Shown here: positions 1-9,870 of the stretch, in pieces | Numbering within the stretch: the first letter of the stretch is position 1 | Layout of the letters: each line of letters starts with the position of its first letter | NCBI GenBank assembly: GCA_963546055.1 | Contig: CAUULS010000011.1 | Coordinates: 2,421 to 66,420, forward strand | DNA length: 64,000 bases | Direction: 5' to 3' | From: an uncultured Streptococcus sp. | GTDB taxonomy: Bacteria; Bacillota; Bacilli; Lactobacillales; Streptococcaceae | Made by a program: the position numbers and the translations under genes | The notes under the pieces: generated by a model | The model's database searches: none | Told to the model about the DNA's origin: nothing | What the model saw: only the letters and a program-made list of their open reading frames with translations

Positions 1-1107
1 CGTTCCGTTGTCTGACCATGGAGCCTTGTCTGATGCCTTCAAAATCAGGCGAGTCAGCATACCATCTCCACCAAAAGCTTCGTATGGGATAACTTGGTTG
101 ACACCAGCTGTAAATGGACCTGGGAAGTTAGCTTTGTCAAGGTAGCTAGCTGGGACATCTACTGTGTCTTTGGTGTTGTCAGCCACACCTTTTTGCACTT
201 CAGCTGGAGTGGTCAAACCATTCAAGTTGACAGTCAAATCTTTAGTCGCTACCAGATTGCTCAAATCTGCCTTGCCATCTTTCGCACCGTACACCTTGAT
301 GGTAGCCTTATAGCTTTGCGTACCATTTTGTTTCAAGAGGTCAAGCAACTCTTTATCTGATTTTCCTTGGGTGCCTGCCAAATCTACTTCGTAGAAGTAA
401 AGACCTTTGCCCAATTTCTCTACTGGTGGGAGAGCAGGATTTTTAGCCGAACCGTTGTCTGACCATGGGGCCTTGTCTGATGCTTTCAAGATAAGACGAG
501 TTAACATACCGTCACCAGCGAAGAATTCGTATGGAATGACTTGGTTGACACCAGCTGTAAATGGTCCTGGGAAATTGGCTTTGTCAAGGTAGCTAGCCGG
601 AACATCTACTGTGTCTTTGGTGTTGTCTGCCACACCTTTTTGCACTTCAGCTGGAGTGGTCAAGCCATTCAAGTTGACATCCAAATCTTTAGTCGCTACA
701 AGATTGCTCAAGTCTGCCTTGCCATCTTTCGCACCGTACACCTTGATGGTTGCCTTATAGCTTTGCGTACCGTTTTGTTTTAAGAGATCAAGTAGCTCTT
801 TATCAGATTTGCCTTGGGTGCCTGCTAGATCCACCTCATAGAAGTAAAGACCTTTGCCCAATTTCTCTACTGGTGGGAGAGCTGGATTTTTAGCTGAGCC
901 GTTGTCTGACCATGGGGCTTTGTCTGAGGCTTTTAACAAGAGGCGAGTCAACATACCATCTCCACCAAAAGCTTCGTATGGAATAACTTGGTTGACACCA
1001 GCTGTAAATGGTCCTGGGAAATTGGCTTTGTCAAGGTAGCTAGCTGGGACATCTACTGTGTCTTTTGTGTTGTCAGCCACACCTTTTTGCACTTCAGCTG
1101 GAGTGGT
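1..1107 (-). repeat. Tandem 447-bp (149-aa) SSURE repeats: 661-1107, 214-660, partial 1-213
   Basis: CCGTTGTCTGACCATGG recurs at 5, 452 and 899; CTGGAGTGGT ends at 213, 660 and 1107. Confidence 0.93.
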
Positions 1108-1563
1108 TGCTGGTTGCGCTTCACTGGCTTCACGGTCTTGTCCAGAAACTGTAGACTCAGAACTTTCCACAGGTTTAACTGCATTTTCTGTTTGTTTCTT
1201 AGAGTCAGGCTTTGCTTGCATTTCTTCTTTTGGTGCTACTACCGGCTCTTTAGCAATTGCGTCCGCTTTTTCTGAAGAGCTTGTCGTATCCAAACTTGCT
1301 TTGGGTGTTGGAACAGACTGTTCTGAAGGAAGAGTTACATCGACTGCTTTTTTGAGAACATCTACTGGCAGGTCGCTTTTTCCACTCACGGAAGCAACGT
1401 CTGGCACGACTTGAGCAGGAGTTGGATTGACGACGTCAGCACGTGCAGAACTTGGTTGACCGATTAGGACAAAAAAGCCACTGGCTACAACAACTGAAGC
1501 AACACCGACACTGAGACGGCGAATAGACCAACGAGTATATCTCTGATTTGGATTGAATTTCAT
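1..1563 (-). CDS. pavB: SSURE-repeat surface adhesin (PavB/PfbB-like), 5' part, truncated by the window edge
   Basis: Translated by hand: MKFNPNQRYTRWSIRRLSVGVASVVVASG (YSIRK-type signal), a low-complexity linker, then repeats beginning TTPAEVQKGVADNTKDTVDVPASYLDKANFPGPFTAGVNQVIPY. Lies next to trkA as in pneumococcus. Confidence 0.88.
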   Translation of the reverse strand, partial: MKFNPNQRYTRWSIRRLSVGVASVVVASGFFVLIGQPSSARADVVNPTPAQVVPDVASVSGKSDLPVDVLKKAVDVTLPSEQSVPTPKASLDTTSSSEKADAIAKEPVVAPKEEMQAKPDSKKQTENAVKPVESSESTVSGQDREASEAQPATTPAEVQKGVADNTKDTVDVPASYLDKANFPGPFTAGVNQVIPYEAFGGDGMLTRLLLKASDKAPWSDNGSAKNPALPPVEKLGKGLYFYEVDLAGTQGKSDKELLDLLKQNGTQSYKATIKVYGAKDGKADLSNLVATKDLDVNLNGLTTPAEVQKGVADNTKDTVDVPASYLDKANFPGPFTAGVNQVIPYEFFAGDGMLTRLILKASDKAPWSDNGSAKNPALPPVEKLGKGLYFYEVDLAGTQGKSDKELLDLLKQNGTQSYKATIKVYGAKDGKADLSNLVATKDLTVNLNGLTTPAEVQKGVADNTKDTVDVPASYLDKANFPGPFTAGVNQVIPYEAFGGDGMLTRLILKASDKAPWSDNGT

Positions 1564-1600
1564 AGGATTCTCCTCAGAACTTTCTTTTTTTGATGACTCT

Positions 1601-1642
1601 AGTATAATCTCCTAAAATTAAAAAGGATTAAGAAAAAGTTAA
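1601..1642 (-). promoter_or_regulatory. Putative pavB promoter with SaeR-like direct repeat
   Basis: -10 TATACT at 1601-1606 (minus); ATTAA-N6-GTTAA at 1627-1642. Confidence 0.4.
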
Positions 1643-1724
1643 AATTTTTCTTAAATCCCTCTTATAAAATACTTATATTGATATTGACTCAATAGTTATT
1701 GAAAAAATAGTTGTCCTTCCTCTT

Positions 1725-2390
1725 CTACTCACTCAGCTCTGCCAAGGTATCCAGATGTTGGTTATTAATGACGGCCATGATATAGCTATCTACCTGCAAG
1801 AGATCATTAGGTCCGAATTGAACATCCAGAGGAGCATTTTCGTAGGAACGAAAACCAAGCACGTTGAGGTTGTATCGCCCACGTAAATCCAACTGACTAA
1901 GGCTTTTACCTACCCATGATTGAGGGATTTTCATCTCGACAATCGATACATTCTTATCCAGCTGAAAGACGTCTACGCTGTTATGAAAAAGGATGGTCTG
2001 CGCCAATGAGCGCCCCATCTCAAACTCTGGTGAGATGACTGCGTCCGCGCCAATTTTTTCTAGAACTTTTTTAGCTGTATGACTTTTGACCTTGGCAATG
2101 ACGGTTGGCACCCCTAGACTCTTGCAGTGCATAACCGCAAGAACACTGGACTCCAGATTTTCCCCCGTTGCGACAACTACGGTATCACAGGTGTCAATCC
2201 CCGCTGATAGAAGGAGTTCTTCATCCGTGATATCTCCAACTACCCCACGCGCCAGCACAGGTTCAAATTGATTAATGCGTTCCTCGTGGTCATCAATAGC
2301 AATGATATTCATGTCGTGCTTGGCTAGGGCAGCCAAAACACTGCTCCCAAAAATTCCCAAGCCTAAAATTCCAATTGTCCGATCTGACAT
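1725..2390 (-). CDS. trkA: Trk/Ktr potassium uptake NAD-binding subunit
   Basis: N-terminal GLGIFG Rossmann motif and RCK-C domain; ATG at 2390. Confidence 0.92.
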   Translation of the reverse strand: MSDRTIGILGLGIFGSSVLAALAKHDMNIIAIDDHEERINQFEPVLARGVVGDITDEELLLSAGIDTCDTVVVATGENLESSVLAVMHCKSLGVPTVIAKVKSHTAKKVLEKIGADAVISPEFEMGRSLAQTILFHNSVDVFQLDKNVSIVEMKIPQSWVGKSLSQLDLRGRYNLNVLGFRSYENAPLDVQFGPNDLLQVDSYIMAVINNQHLDTLAELSE

Positions 2391-2403
2391 CGTTCTTCCT
2401 TTC

Positions 2404-3783
2404 TTACCCAATGGTGATATCTGCTTTCATATAGTGAATCGTATCTTTCTTGTCTGGCTGGTATTCCGCTACACTGACCAGTAGTGTCAAGGGACCAATA
2501 CGGCCGATAAACATCAGCAACATAACGATACTGAGGGCTAACTTACCTAACTCCGGCGTTAAATTTGCCGTCACTCCAACTGTCGCAAGGGCTGAAATGG
2601 TCTCAAACATGAGGTAAATAAAACGCGGATTTCCCTCTGCTGTTATCCCTAGTAGGATCAAGCCCAGCAAGAAAGTCAGCAAGAAAATAATAAAGACACT
2701 GAAAGATTTTTGCACGGTTCGGGGTTCAATCGTCCTCCGAGCAACATTGGCATGAGGCAAGCCCAGTAGTTCGCTACGAGCAAAGACCAACAAGACAAAG
2801 AAGGTCGTAATCTTAAGCCCCCCTGCTGTCCCTCCAGGTGCCCCGCCCAAAAACATCTGCAAGATGTAGATCAGTAAGGTAACTGGTCGAGCCTGGGTGT
2901 AGTCAATGGAAGCAAAGCCAGCCGTTCTCATGCTGACGGTCTGGAAGAAACTAACCAGCAGTTTCTCTGGAGCGCTGAGATTTCCAATCGTCCCAGGATT
3001 GTTCCACTCAATTAAGAGAGTCGATACTGTTCCAAAGAGTAAAATTCCCACCGTTAAAAAGAGAACTAACTTGGTATGGAAACGCAGGCGGCGTTTTTTC
3101 TTTTTCCCAAACTGGGTCGCTAGGTCAAACCAGACCATAAATCCTAGACCACCCGTGATAATCAATCCTGCAATCACTAGATTGATCAAGGGATCCGTTT
3201 GAAAGGCTACCAAACTCGTACTCCCAAAATTATCAAATCCAGCATTACAGAAAGCTGAAACAGCCAAAAAGATAGAGGTTAAAATCCCTCGCCCCCAGCC
3301 AAATTCAGGAATAAAGCGGAAACTCAAGAGAAAGGCACCGAGCCCTTCCACCAGAAAAGTCGTCAGAAAGATGGAGCGGATAAAGTCCTTTAGAGACTGA
3401 GTTTCCCCATAACTAAAACTTTCTTGAATGGTCTCACGGCCACGAAGACTGAGCTTTTGCTTGCCTTGGATATAAAAGATTCCGATAAAGGTCATGAGCC
3501 CCAAACCACCAATCTGGATCAAGATCATGCAGATCAACTGGCCCCAGATATTGTAAGTAGAGGCTACCGGCTGGGTAAAGAGCCCTGTCACACAGACCAT
3601 GGACACGGTCGTAAAGAGATGGTCAAAGTAGGTCGCTTGTGACGTTTCTGCTTGCACAAAGGGGAGACTTAAAAGAAGCGAACCTAAGAAGATCACTAGG
3701 GCAAAACTTAAAAAGATGCGACGGGCTGGCGACAAGCGTCCCAGTATCGTCTTGATTTTTTCCAAAAAAGATTTGAATAACAT
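2404..3783 (-). CDS. trkH: Trk/Ktr potassium uptake membrane subunit
   Basis: Multi-TM protein with selectivity-filter motifs VCVTGL, FCNAGF, RTAGF and LATVG. Confidence 0.92.
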   Translation of the reverse strand: MLFKSFLEKIKTILGRLSPARRIFLSFALVIFLGSLLLSLPFVQAETSQATYFDHLFTTVSMVCVTGLFTQPVASTYNIWGQLICMILIQIGGLGLMTFIGIFYIQGKQKLSLRGRETIQESFSYGETQSLKDFIRSIFLTTFLVEGLGAFLLSFRFIPEFGWGRGILTSIFLAVSAFCNAGFDNFGSTSLVAFQTDPLINLVIAGLIITGGLGFMVWFDLATQFGKKKKRRLRFHTKLVLFLTVGILLFGTVSTLLIEWNNPGTIGNLSAPEKLLVSFFQTVSMRTAGFASIDYTQARPVTLLIYILQMFLGGAPGGTAGGLKITTFFVLLVFARSELLGLPHANVARRTIEPRTVQKSFSVFIIFLLTFLLGLILLGITAEGNPRFIYLMFETISALATVGVTANLTPELGKLALSIVMLLMFIGRIGPLTLLVSVAEYQPDKKDTIHYMKADITIG

Positions 3784-3816
3784 AACTACATTCTACCATA
3801 AAAACAGCAAGAACAC

Positions 3817-4581
3817 TCACATGTGGTGCACAATGGCAAGACAGAGTTCGAGTGCCTTATCAAAAGCTTCTGAGCCCCAGTCACGACTGTCGTAGTTGTC
3901 CAGATCTGCCAAGGAATCTGCGGTAAAGAGCAGTTCTCCCCAGACAACCCCACGTAGTTGGGCAACTGCCGCAAGAGCCGAGCACTCCATCTCCACAACA
4001 GCACAGCCTTCTTCCTTGCGATAGGCAACCTTTTCAGCTGTCTCTCGATAAAAACCATCTGTCGTCCAGGTCATGACCTCCTCGTAAGGAATGCCTCTTT
4101 GTTCCAAGACTTGCTCAATGGCAGAGATAGCCTCAAGCTGCATCTCCATATAACGAGAAGGCGCTGCATAGTGGTAGCTGGTCCCCTCATCTCGCAGAGC
4201 GCGAACAGGGACGAGAAAGGCATTTTCCTCTATATCGGCTAGGACTCCGCAGGTTCCAGTGGAAATGATTTGCTCCACACCATAGCCAATCAACCAATCC
4301 ATAAACTGGGCCGCTGGGGCAGAACCCACAGGCGCCTGGGCCAGACAAATCTCCTCGCCCTTGTAGTTGAGGACGTAGACTGGATATGTCTTGGTGGCCG
4401 AAACGAACTCACCAACACAGTCCGCCCCTACTTCCTGAGCATAGTGGTCAATCTCCTCCTCCAAAAATGCATAGATACACTTCTTTGGCAACTTCAAGTC
4501 TAACCCCTCATGTGTTGGCATAAGGACCGCTTGAGGATTGTCATCAAACTCTAAAATGGGAATCGCATGCTTCTGAATCAT
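3817..4581 (-). CDS. Nucleoside phosphorylase (PNP/UDP family)
   Basis: GTCG, RDEGTSYHY, WTTDGFYRE and VEME motifs. Confidence 0.88.
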   Translation of the reverse strand: MIQKHAIPILEFDDNPQAVLMPTHEGLDLKLPKKCIYAFLEEEIDHYAQEVGADCVGEFVSATKTYPVYVLNYKGEEICLAQAPVGSAPAAQFMDWLIGYGVEQIISTGTCGVLADIEENAFLVPVRALRDEGTSYHYAAPSRYMEMQLEAISAIEQVLEQRGIPYEEVMTWTTDGFYRETAEKVAYRKEEGCAVVEMECSALAAVAQLRGVVWGELLFTADSLADLDNYDSRDWGSEAFDKALELCLAIVHHM

Positions 4582-4662
4582 AGCCCACCTCCTCTAATTT
4601 TGTACTATTGTATCAAAAACTGACGAAGTGTCAAGGAGTTGTCTTTACATTTCCTCTAGTAA

Positions 4663-4707
4663 CAACACAAAATTCTCCCCTCTCTCTCGAGAAAGGAGAA
4701 TTTTGTT
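4663..4707 (-). terminator. Stem-loop downstream of the lipoprotein gene
   Basis: ACAAAATTCTCC...GGAGAATTTTGT inverted repeat. Confidence 0.55.
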
Positions 4708-5942
4708 TATCCTTGTCCGCCAGGGGCTGGACCACCGCCTTGAGGACCGCCATTCGGTCCACCGCCTCCAGGTATAGAGTTGACGATTTCCGTTTGTTTT
4801 TCGCCGTTGAGATAGATGTCACCACCTGTGTAGGTCGCAGTTCCATCAAAGTCAAAACCTGTTTGACCAGTCATTTTAATAGTTCCGCCTGTGACCGTGA
4901 TATTGCCATTTGAGTCGATTGGGTCTGTGTCTCCTTGGCCGACTTCTACTGTCAGGTTCCCACCGTTCATAGTGAAGAAGATTTCACTTTGTTGGGCATT
5001 TTTGTTGGCTGCATTGACACCATCGTCCGTTGAATAGATGGTAATGTCCCCACCGTTGATAGTGATTGACTTCCCTTCAAGTCCTTCTGTTGAATTCTTG
5101 ACGGTGTAGGTCCCACTATCTATGACGAGGTCTCCAGAAGCGTGGATGCCATCATCCCCTGCTGTAAGGGTGATGTTGTTGTTAGATAGGTACATGGTTC
5201 CGACTGAAGTATCTTCATCATTGTCCACCTTGACTCCGTCTTCTTTAGCATCGATGGTCATGGTCGTACCAGTGATGTTGAGTTCATCATTGACATTAAA
5301 GGCATCGCCAACTGCTGTGATGTTATAGGTTCCACCCGTGATGTGGAGGGTGTCGTTAGCTTTAATACCATTATTTTTCTTACCTTCTACATTAAGAGTT
5401 CCTTTCCCGTTGATGGTTAAATTCACCTTAGAAAAGAGAGCTGAGTCAGCTTTTTCATCACTGTTCGAGCTTGAGTCAGAGAGACTATTGGTGGTTCCTT
5501 CTGCCAGAGTCAGGTAGACATGGCCAGCCGATGTCGCAGATATCGCTGCATTGGTATTGGTCATGGTCGCACCTTTTAGGACTAGGTGAACATCTGTCGA
5601 CTTATCTGCCTCGACCTTGATCTGCACTCCGTCAGACTGGCCTGAAATAACATAGGTGCCAGATTTTGTGATGGTCACTGTTGAGCCAGAAACTGTCACG
5701 CCATCTCCAGAGACGTTTGCAGATGAGCCAGATAGCTCAATCTTAGAAGCTGTGCTTTCATCATAAGAAGTATCATAGTCCTTTTCTGTAAAATAGGAAG
5801 TTTGATTTGCCTTTGTTGACGTTGTTGTTGCATTATTTGTCGTTGCATTGGTATTAGATGTAGTTGTTGACTGGGCACATGCTGCCATCAGCACCATTGC
5901 CGTTAGACTCGTTGTGAGTAGGATCCATTTTTTTGATTTCAT
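4707..5942 (-). CDS. Lipoprotein with carbohydrate-binding beta-helix domain (DUF4353/Cthe_2159-like)
   Basis: MKSKKWILL...LMAAC lipobox, Thr/Asn linker, repeated ITGGT/DDGI/DGVN motifs, Gly/Pro tail; ATG at 5942 after a GGAG RBS. Confidence 0.8.
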   Translation of the reverse strand: MKSKKWILLTTSLTAMVLMAACAQSTTTSNTNATTNNATTTSTKANQTSYFTEKDYDTSYDESTASKIELSGSSANVSGDGVTVSGSTVTITKSGTYVISGQSDGVQIKVEADKSTDVHLVLKGATMTNTNAAISATSAGHVYLTLAEGTTNSLSDSSSNSDEKADSALFSKVNLTINGKGTLNVEGKKNNGIKANDTLHITGGTYNITAVGDAFNVNDELNITGTTMTIDAKEDGVKVDNDEDTSVGTMYLSNNNITLTAGDDGIHASGDLVIDSGTYTVKNSTEGLEGKSITINGGDITIYSTDDGVNAANKNAQQSEIFFTMNGGNLTVEVGQGDTDPIDSNGNITVTGGTIKMTGQTGFDFDGTATYTGGDIYLNGEKQTEIVNSIPGGGGPNGGPQGGGPAPGGQG

Positions 5943-5977
5943 ACCTTTTTCCTCTCCTTCGTATGATATAGCTAGAC

Positions 5978-6032
5978 AGTCTACAGAAGGTTCCTGAAAC
6001 AAAACTAAAACTTTTCTGAAAGTTTCCTTAAA
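5978..6032 (-). promoter_or_regulatory. Four 11-bp-periodic TTTnAG boxes plus a -10 element (OmpR-family activator architecture)
   Basis: Minus strand reads TTTAAG-N5-TTTCAG-N5-TTTTAG-N5-TTTCAG-N10-TAGACT. Confidence 0.65.
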
Positions 6033-6218
6033 TTTAGTTTCACTTAGTATTCTTTTGAAAGGGCTACTAGAAACAATTTGAGAGTACTAAAATGCATTTA
6101 ATAGTTTTTAAAACCAACATCCCCAGTGCCATGTCTCCTTGACCAAGAAAGCCAAAAAGAAGAAAAATCTATAAAACTAAGATAAAGATTACAAAAAGAA
6201 CAGCCCCAGCTGTTCTTT

Positions 6219-6782
6219 TTAATTTTCTTTCACAGGGATCGTCTTGATAACACGCGCAGGGTTGCCACCTAGGACAACATTGTCTCCAAAGGATTTGGTA
6301 ATCACAGCCCCAGCTCCTGCTACTACGTTATTGCCCATTGTCACTCCAGGAAGGACAATGACACCACCTCCAGCCCAGAAATTGTCACCGATAGTGATGG
6401 GCTTGCCGTATTCGACCCCTGAATTGCGTTCATGCGGATCCAGTGGATGGAGTGGGGTTAAAAACTGGCAGTTGGGGCCAAGCATGGCATTGTTACCGAT
6501 GCGAATCGGACAAACATCCAGCATGGTCAAATTCCAATTAGAATAAAAATTTTCCCCTAGATGGATATTGATTCCATAATCAACCACCAGGCGTGGATTG
6601 ACATAGAGATTTTGCCCAGTTGAACCAAACCAAGTCTTGATAATCTCCGCCCCTTTCAAGGGGTCTAGCTCCTGGTTGAAATCTGCCTGCTTCTGACGTG
6701 CAGTCTGAGCGAGCGCACGCAACTCAGGATCAAATGGATGGTAGGGCTCTCCTGCTATCATTTTCTGGTATTCACTGGTCAT
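6219..6782 (-). CDS. Sugar O-acetyltransferase (Maa/LacA family)
   Basis: Mac N-terminus (KMIAGEPY), DYGINIHLG and hexapeptide repeats. Confidence 0.9.
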   Translation of the reverse strand: MTSEYQKMIAGEPYHPFDPELRALAQTARQKQADFNQELDPLKGAEIIKTWFGSTGQNLYVNPRLVVDYGINIHLGENFYSNWNLTMLDVCPIRIGNNAMLGPNCQFLTPLHPLDPHERNSGVEYGKPITIGDNFWAGGGVIVLPGVTMGNNVVAGAGAVITKSFGDNVVLGGNPARVIKTIPVKEN

Positions 6783-6875
6783 CTTAGCACCTCACATCTA
6801 CTTTGAGGCCATCATATCAAAAAGACTTTGAAAGGTCAAGAATATCCTGCTTTTCAGTATCTCAAAACAACTTGC

Positions 6876-6924
6876 TTGACAAAAGCTTAACTTCATGGTT
6901 TAATATACCCCGTAAGGGTATATT
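6876..6924 (+). promoter_or_regulatory. Sigma-A promoter overlapped by a CsoR/CstR-type operator
   Basis: TTGACA at 6876-6881, 17-bp spacer, extended -10 TGgTTTAAT; perfect inverted repeat AATATACCC-CGTAA-GGGTATATT at 6902-6924. Confidence 0.8.
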
Positions 6925-6935
6925 TGGAGGTGCCT

Positions 6936-7244
6936 ATGTTTCACTTATTATTTACAAAAATTGACAGTATTTCTACCAGCGAGTTAGAAGCTAAACTCAG
7001 AGAACCGATTCAGCTACTGGATGTTCGGACGCCTACAGAATTTCGTAGAGGTCATATCAAAAATGCCAAGAATGTCCCTCTAACCGAAATCGGGTCTTAT
7101 ACCCCAGCGACAAAAGAAACACTCTATGTCATTTGTCATTCTGGTGTGCGAAGCAAACTAGCTGCGAAGAAGTTAAAGAAAAAAGGCTACGATGTCATCA
7201 ATGTTCGAGGCGGTATGAGTGCTTGGACAGGCAAGGTCATCTAA
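6936..7244 (+). CDS. Single-domain rhodanese (sulfurtransferase)
   Basis: LLDVR..EF..GHI and active loop CHSGVRS; GGAGG RBS before ATG 6936. Confidence 0.9.
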   Translation: MFHLLFTKIDSISTSELEAKLREPIQLLDVRTPTEFRRGHIKNAKNVPLTEIGSYTPATKETLYVICHSGVRSKLAAKKLKKKGYDVINVRGGMSAWTGKVI

Positions 7245-7263
7245 ACCAGCAAGGAGGAAATCA

Positions 7264-8919
7264 ATGAAAATTATCATTGTCGGGGGAGTTGCAGGCGGAA
7301 TGTCAGCAGCAACCCGTCTCAGACGTCTCATGGAAGGCGCTGAAATCACTATTTTTGAGAAAGGTCCCTTTGTTTCCTTTGCAAACTGCGGACTTCCTTA
7401 CTATGTTTCAGGAGAAATTGCAAACCGTGATAGTTTATTGGTCCAAACTCCTGAAAGTCTCAAAGCACGCTTTAATCTGGATGTTCGTCCTTTCCATGAG
7501 GTCATCAGCATTTCGCCAGCAGAGCACACTGTGACCGTACGCCATGATGGACAGGAATTCACAGAAAGCTACGACAAGTTGATCCTCTCCCCAGGAGCTA
7601 AACCATTTGTTCCTACCATTGAAGGCTTGGCAGAAGCTAAGAACGCCTACACGCTTCGCAATGTTCCTGACCTCGATAAAATTATGGCAGCCTTGGACAA
7701 TCATCCAAAAGAAGCTGTCGTTATCGGTGCAGGCTTTATCGGGCTTGAAATGGCTGAAAACCTGGCGAAACGTGGATTGCAAGTTACTATCGTTGAGAAA
7801 GCACCCCATGTCTTGCCACCATTAGATCAGGAAATGGCAGCCTTTGTCCAAGCAGAATTAGTCAAAAACGGCGTTCGCGTTATCACTTCTCAGTCTGCGA
7901 CTCGATTTGAAAAGCAAGGAAAAACCATCGTTCTCGAAAACGGTCAAAAGATCTCTTCTGACCTCACCATTCTTTCTGTCGGTGTTGAACCTGAAAACGG
8001 ACTGGCCAAATCTGCGGGGATTGAACTGGGACTTCGTGGTGGTATCCTAGTCGATGAACATTACGAAACCAGTCAAAAAGATATTTTTGCAGTTGGAGAT
8101 GCCATCGTCGTCAAGCAAGAGATTACGGGCCAAGACGCTCTCATCTCTCTAGCTTCTCCTGCCAATCGTCAGGGACGCCAAGTGGCGGACATCATCGCAG
8201 GACTCGGTCGTACCAACAAGGGTAGTATCGGCACTGCTATCGTTCGTGCTTTTGATATGACAGCTGCTTCGACTGGTCTCAGCGAACGTATCCTTAGCAT
8301 GAATCAACTTCCTTACAAGGCACTTCATGTCAGCGGTAAAGACCACGCTGGTTATTATCCTGGCGCTACTGATATGACCTTGAAGCTCCTCTTTGACCCC
8401 ACCACTGGAAAAATCTATGGTGCCCAAGGAGTTGGGAATAAAGGTGTTGACAAGCGAATCGATATCCTGGCAACTGCTATCAAGGGAAATCTCACCGTCT
8501 TTGACTTACCAGAATTGGAGTTCACCTATGCGCCACCATTTGGCTCTGCCAAGGATCCCGTCAATATGCTGGGCTACGCAGCCTTGAATCTTATCGAAGG
8601 TCTCAGCGACAATGTCCAATGGTACCAGCTTGAAGAGGAACTGGCTAAGGGTAAGAAATTCCTAGATGTACGGACCAGTGGCGAATTTCAGAGTGGTCGA
8701 CTCAAAGTCGATACCATCCACATCCCCCTAAACGAACTACGGGAACGCTTGGATGAACTAGACAAGAACCAAGCTTACATCGTTAGCTGCCACAGTGGTT
8801 TGCGCAGCTATATCGCAGAGCGTATCCTCAAGCAAGCAGGATTTACCGTCCAAAACCTTGACGGCGCTTATTCACTATACAAAATGGCTAACCCAGAAGG
8901 AGTAGAATATGGTAACTAG
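7264..8919 (+). CDS. CoA-disulfide/persulfide reductase-rhodanese fusion (CoADR-RHD)
   Basis: GGVAGG FAD motif, SFANC redox Cys, GAGFIG NAD(P)H motif, YAPPF, C-terminal rhodanese CHSGLRS. Confidence 0.9.
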   Translation: MKIIIVGGVAGGMSAATRLRRLMEGAEITIFEKGPFVSFANCGLPYYVSGEIANRDSLLVQTPESLKARFNLDVRPFHEVISISPAEHTVTVRHDGQEFTESYDKLILSPGAKPFVPTIEGLAEAKNAYTLRNVPDLDKIMAALDNHPKEAVVIGAGFIGLEMAENLAKRGLQVTIVEKAPHVLPPLDQEMAAFVQAELVKNGVRVITSQSATRFEKQGKTIVLENGQKISSDLTILSVGVEPENGLAKSAGIELGLRGGILVDEHYETSQKDIFAVGDAIVVKQEITGQDALISLASPANRQGRQVADIIAGLGRTNKGSIGTAIVRAFDMTAASTGLSERILSMNQLPYKALHVSGKDHAGYYPGATDMTLKLLFDPTTGKIYGAQGVGNKGVDKRIDILATAIKGNLTVFDLPELEFTYAPPFGSAKDPVNMLGYAALNLIEGLSDNVQWYQLEEELAKGKKFLDVRTSGEFQSGRLKVDTIHIPLNELRERLDELDKNQAYIVSCHSGLRSYIAERILKQAGFTVQNLDGAYSLYKMANPEGVEYGN

Positions 8920-9205
8920 TATCAGCATGGCTGACTTTTATGAAAAATATCAACATGAAAATCTAGATCTTATTGATGTCCGTGAAGTACATGAATTCCA
9001 AGCAGGACATGCACCAGGCGCCAAAAATCTTCCGTTAAGTACCTTGGAGCAAGGCTACAAAGAACTCAAACCTGACCATGAATACCATGTCATCTGCCAA
9101 GGAGGAGTGCGTTCTGCCTCTGCCTGTCAATTTCTCAGCGCCCAAGGGCTCACCGTTACCAATGTAGAAGGTGGTATGAACCACTGGCCAGGTGAGGTAG
9201 AATAA
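8909..9205 (+). CDS. Single-domain rhodanese
   Basis: LIDVRE..EF..GHAPGA and active loop CQGGVRS. Confidence 0.9.
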   Translation: MVTSISMADFYEKYQHENLDLIDVREVHEFQAGHAPGAKNLPLSTLEQGYKELKPDHEYHVICQGGVRSASACQFLSAQGLTVTNVEGGMNHWPGEVE

Positions 9206-9206
9206 T

Positions 9207-9244
9207 CAAAAAAACCGACTAAGATGAACTTAGTCGGTTTCTTT
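9207..9244. terminator. Bidirectional intrinsic terminator
   Basis: AAACCGACTAAG-ATGAA-CTTAGTCGGTTT between convergent genes. Confidence 0.8.
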
Positions 9245-9249
9245 AATAT

Positions 9250-9738
9250 TTATAACTCGATGATATGAGCCTCATAACCAATAGCTTCTAGGAATTTGAG
9301 TATATCTGTCGTATCCAAAAATAGGGTTTTTTCATTGGTATTGGGGTGAAAACTCATCCGTTTTTCAGACATGATTTCTTTGTCGAAATAAACCTGAATG
9401 TCCTTATCAGTATTGTTGAGCAAGCCAAATGGAGAGACAACACCTGCTGGTAACATCATTTTTTCAAACAAGCTCTCAGAGGAAGCCATACGGATTCTAT
9501 TGGCTCCTACCAAATCCTTCAAGAGGTCCATGTCCAAACGCTTTTGATCATCCATAATCACGAGATAATAGGCTGTTTTCTTTTTGTTTGTGAGAAACAT
9601 GGTCTTGGTACGGACACCTTCGATCCCTTCGATAAAGCTATCCGCCTGCTCCGTCGTTAAGGCTGGCTCGTGCTCCACGATTTCAAAGGGAATATCTAGC
9701 CCATTTAGCATTTCTACTAATTTTTCGTATGCTTCCAT
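9250..9738 (-). CDS. YbaK/ProX-family aminoacyl-tRNA editing protein
   Basis: EHEPALT, KTMFLTNKKK, GVVSPFGL and FHPNTN motifs. Confidence 0.85.
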   Translation of the reverse strand: MEAYEKLVEMLNGLDIPFEIVEHEPALTTEQADSFIEGIEGVRTKTMFLTNKKKTAYYLVIMDDQKRLDMDLLKDLVGANRIRMASSESLFEKMMLPAGVVSPFGLLNNTDKDIQVYFDKEIMSEKRMSFHPNTNEKTLFLDTTDILKFLEAIGYEAHIIEL

Positions 9739-9870
9739 TTGCTGACCTCCTTTAACTTGTCTTGCTACCTTTAATTATACAACAAAAATGGGTTTTCTTC
9801 CAATTTATATCCAAGCATCTCTAGGTTTCTTTCATTTTCATACAAGTTATCTTAGACGGAACCCCAACTG

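Noticed and set aside
94..1414. Repeated plus-strand ORFs (MVDTSCKW..., MPNFSTGG...)
   Set aside because: Antisense shadows of the SSURE repeats in the minus-strand adhesin.
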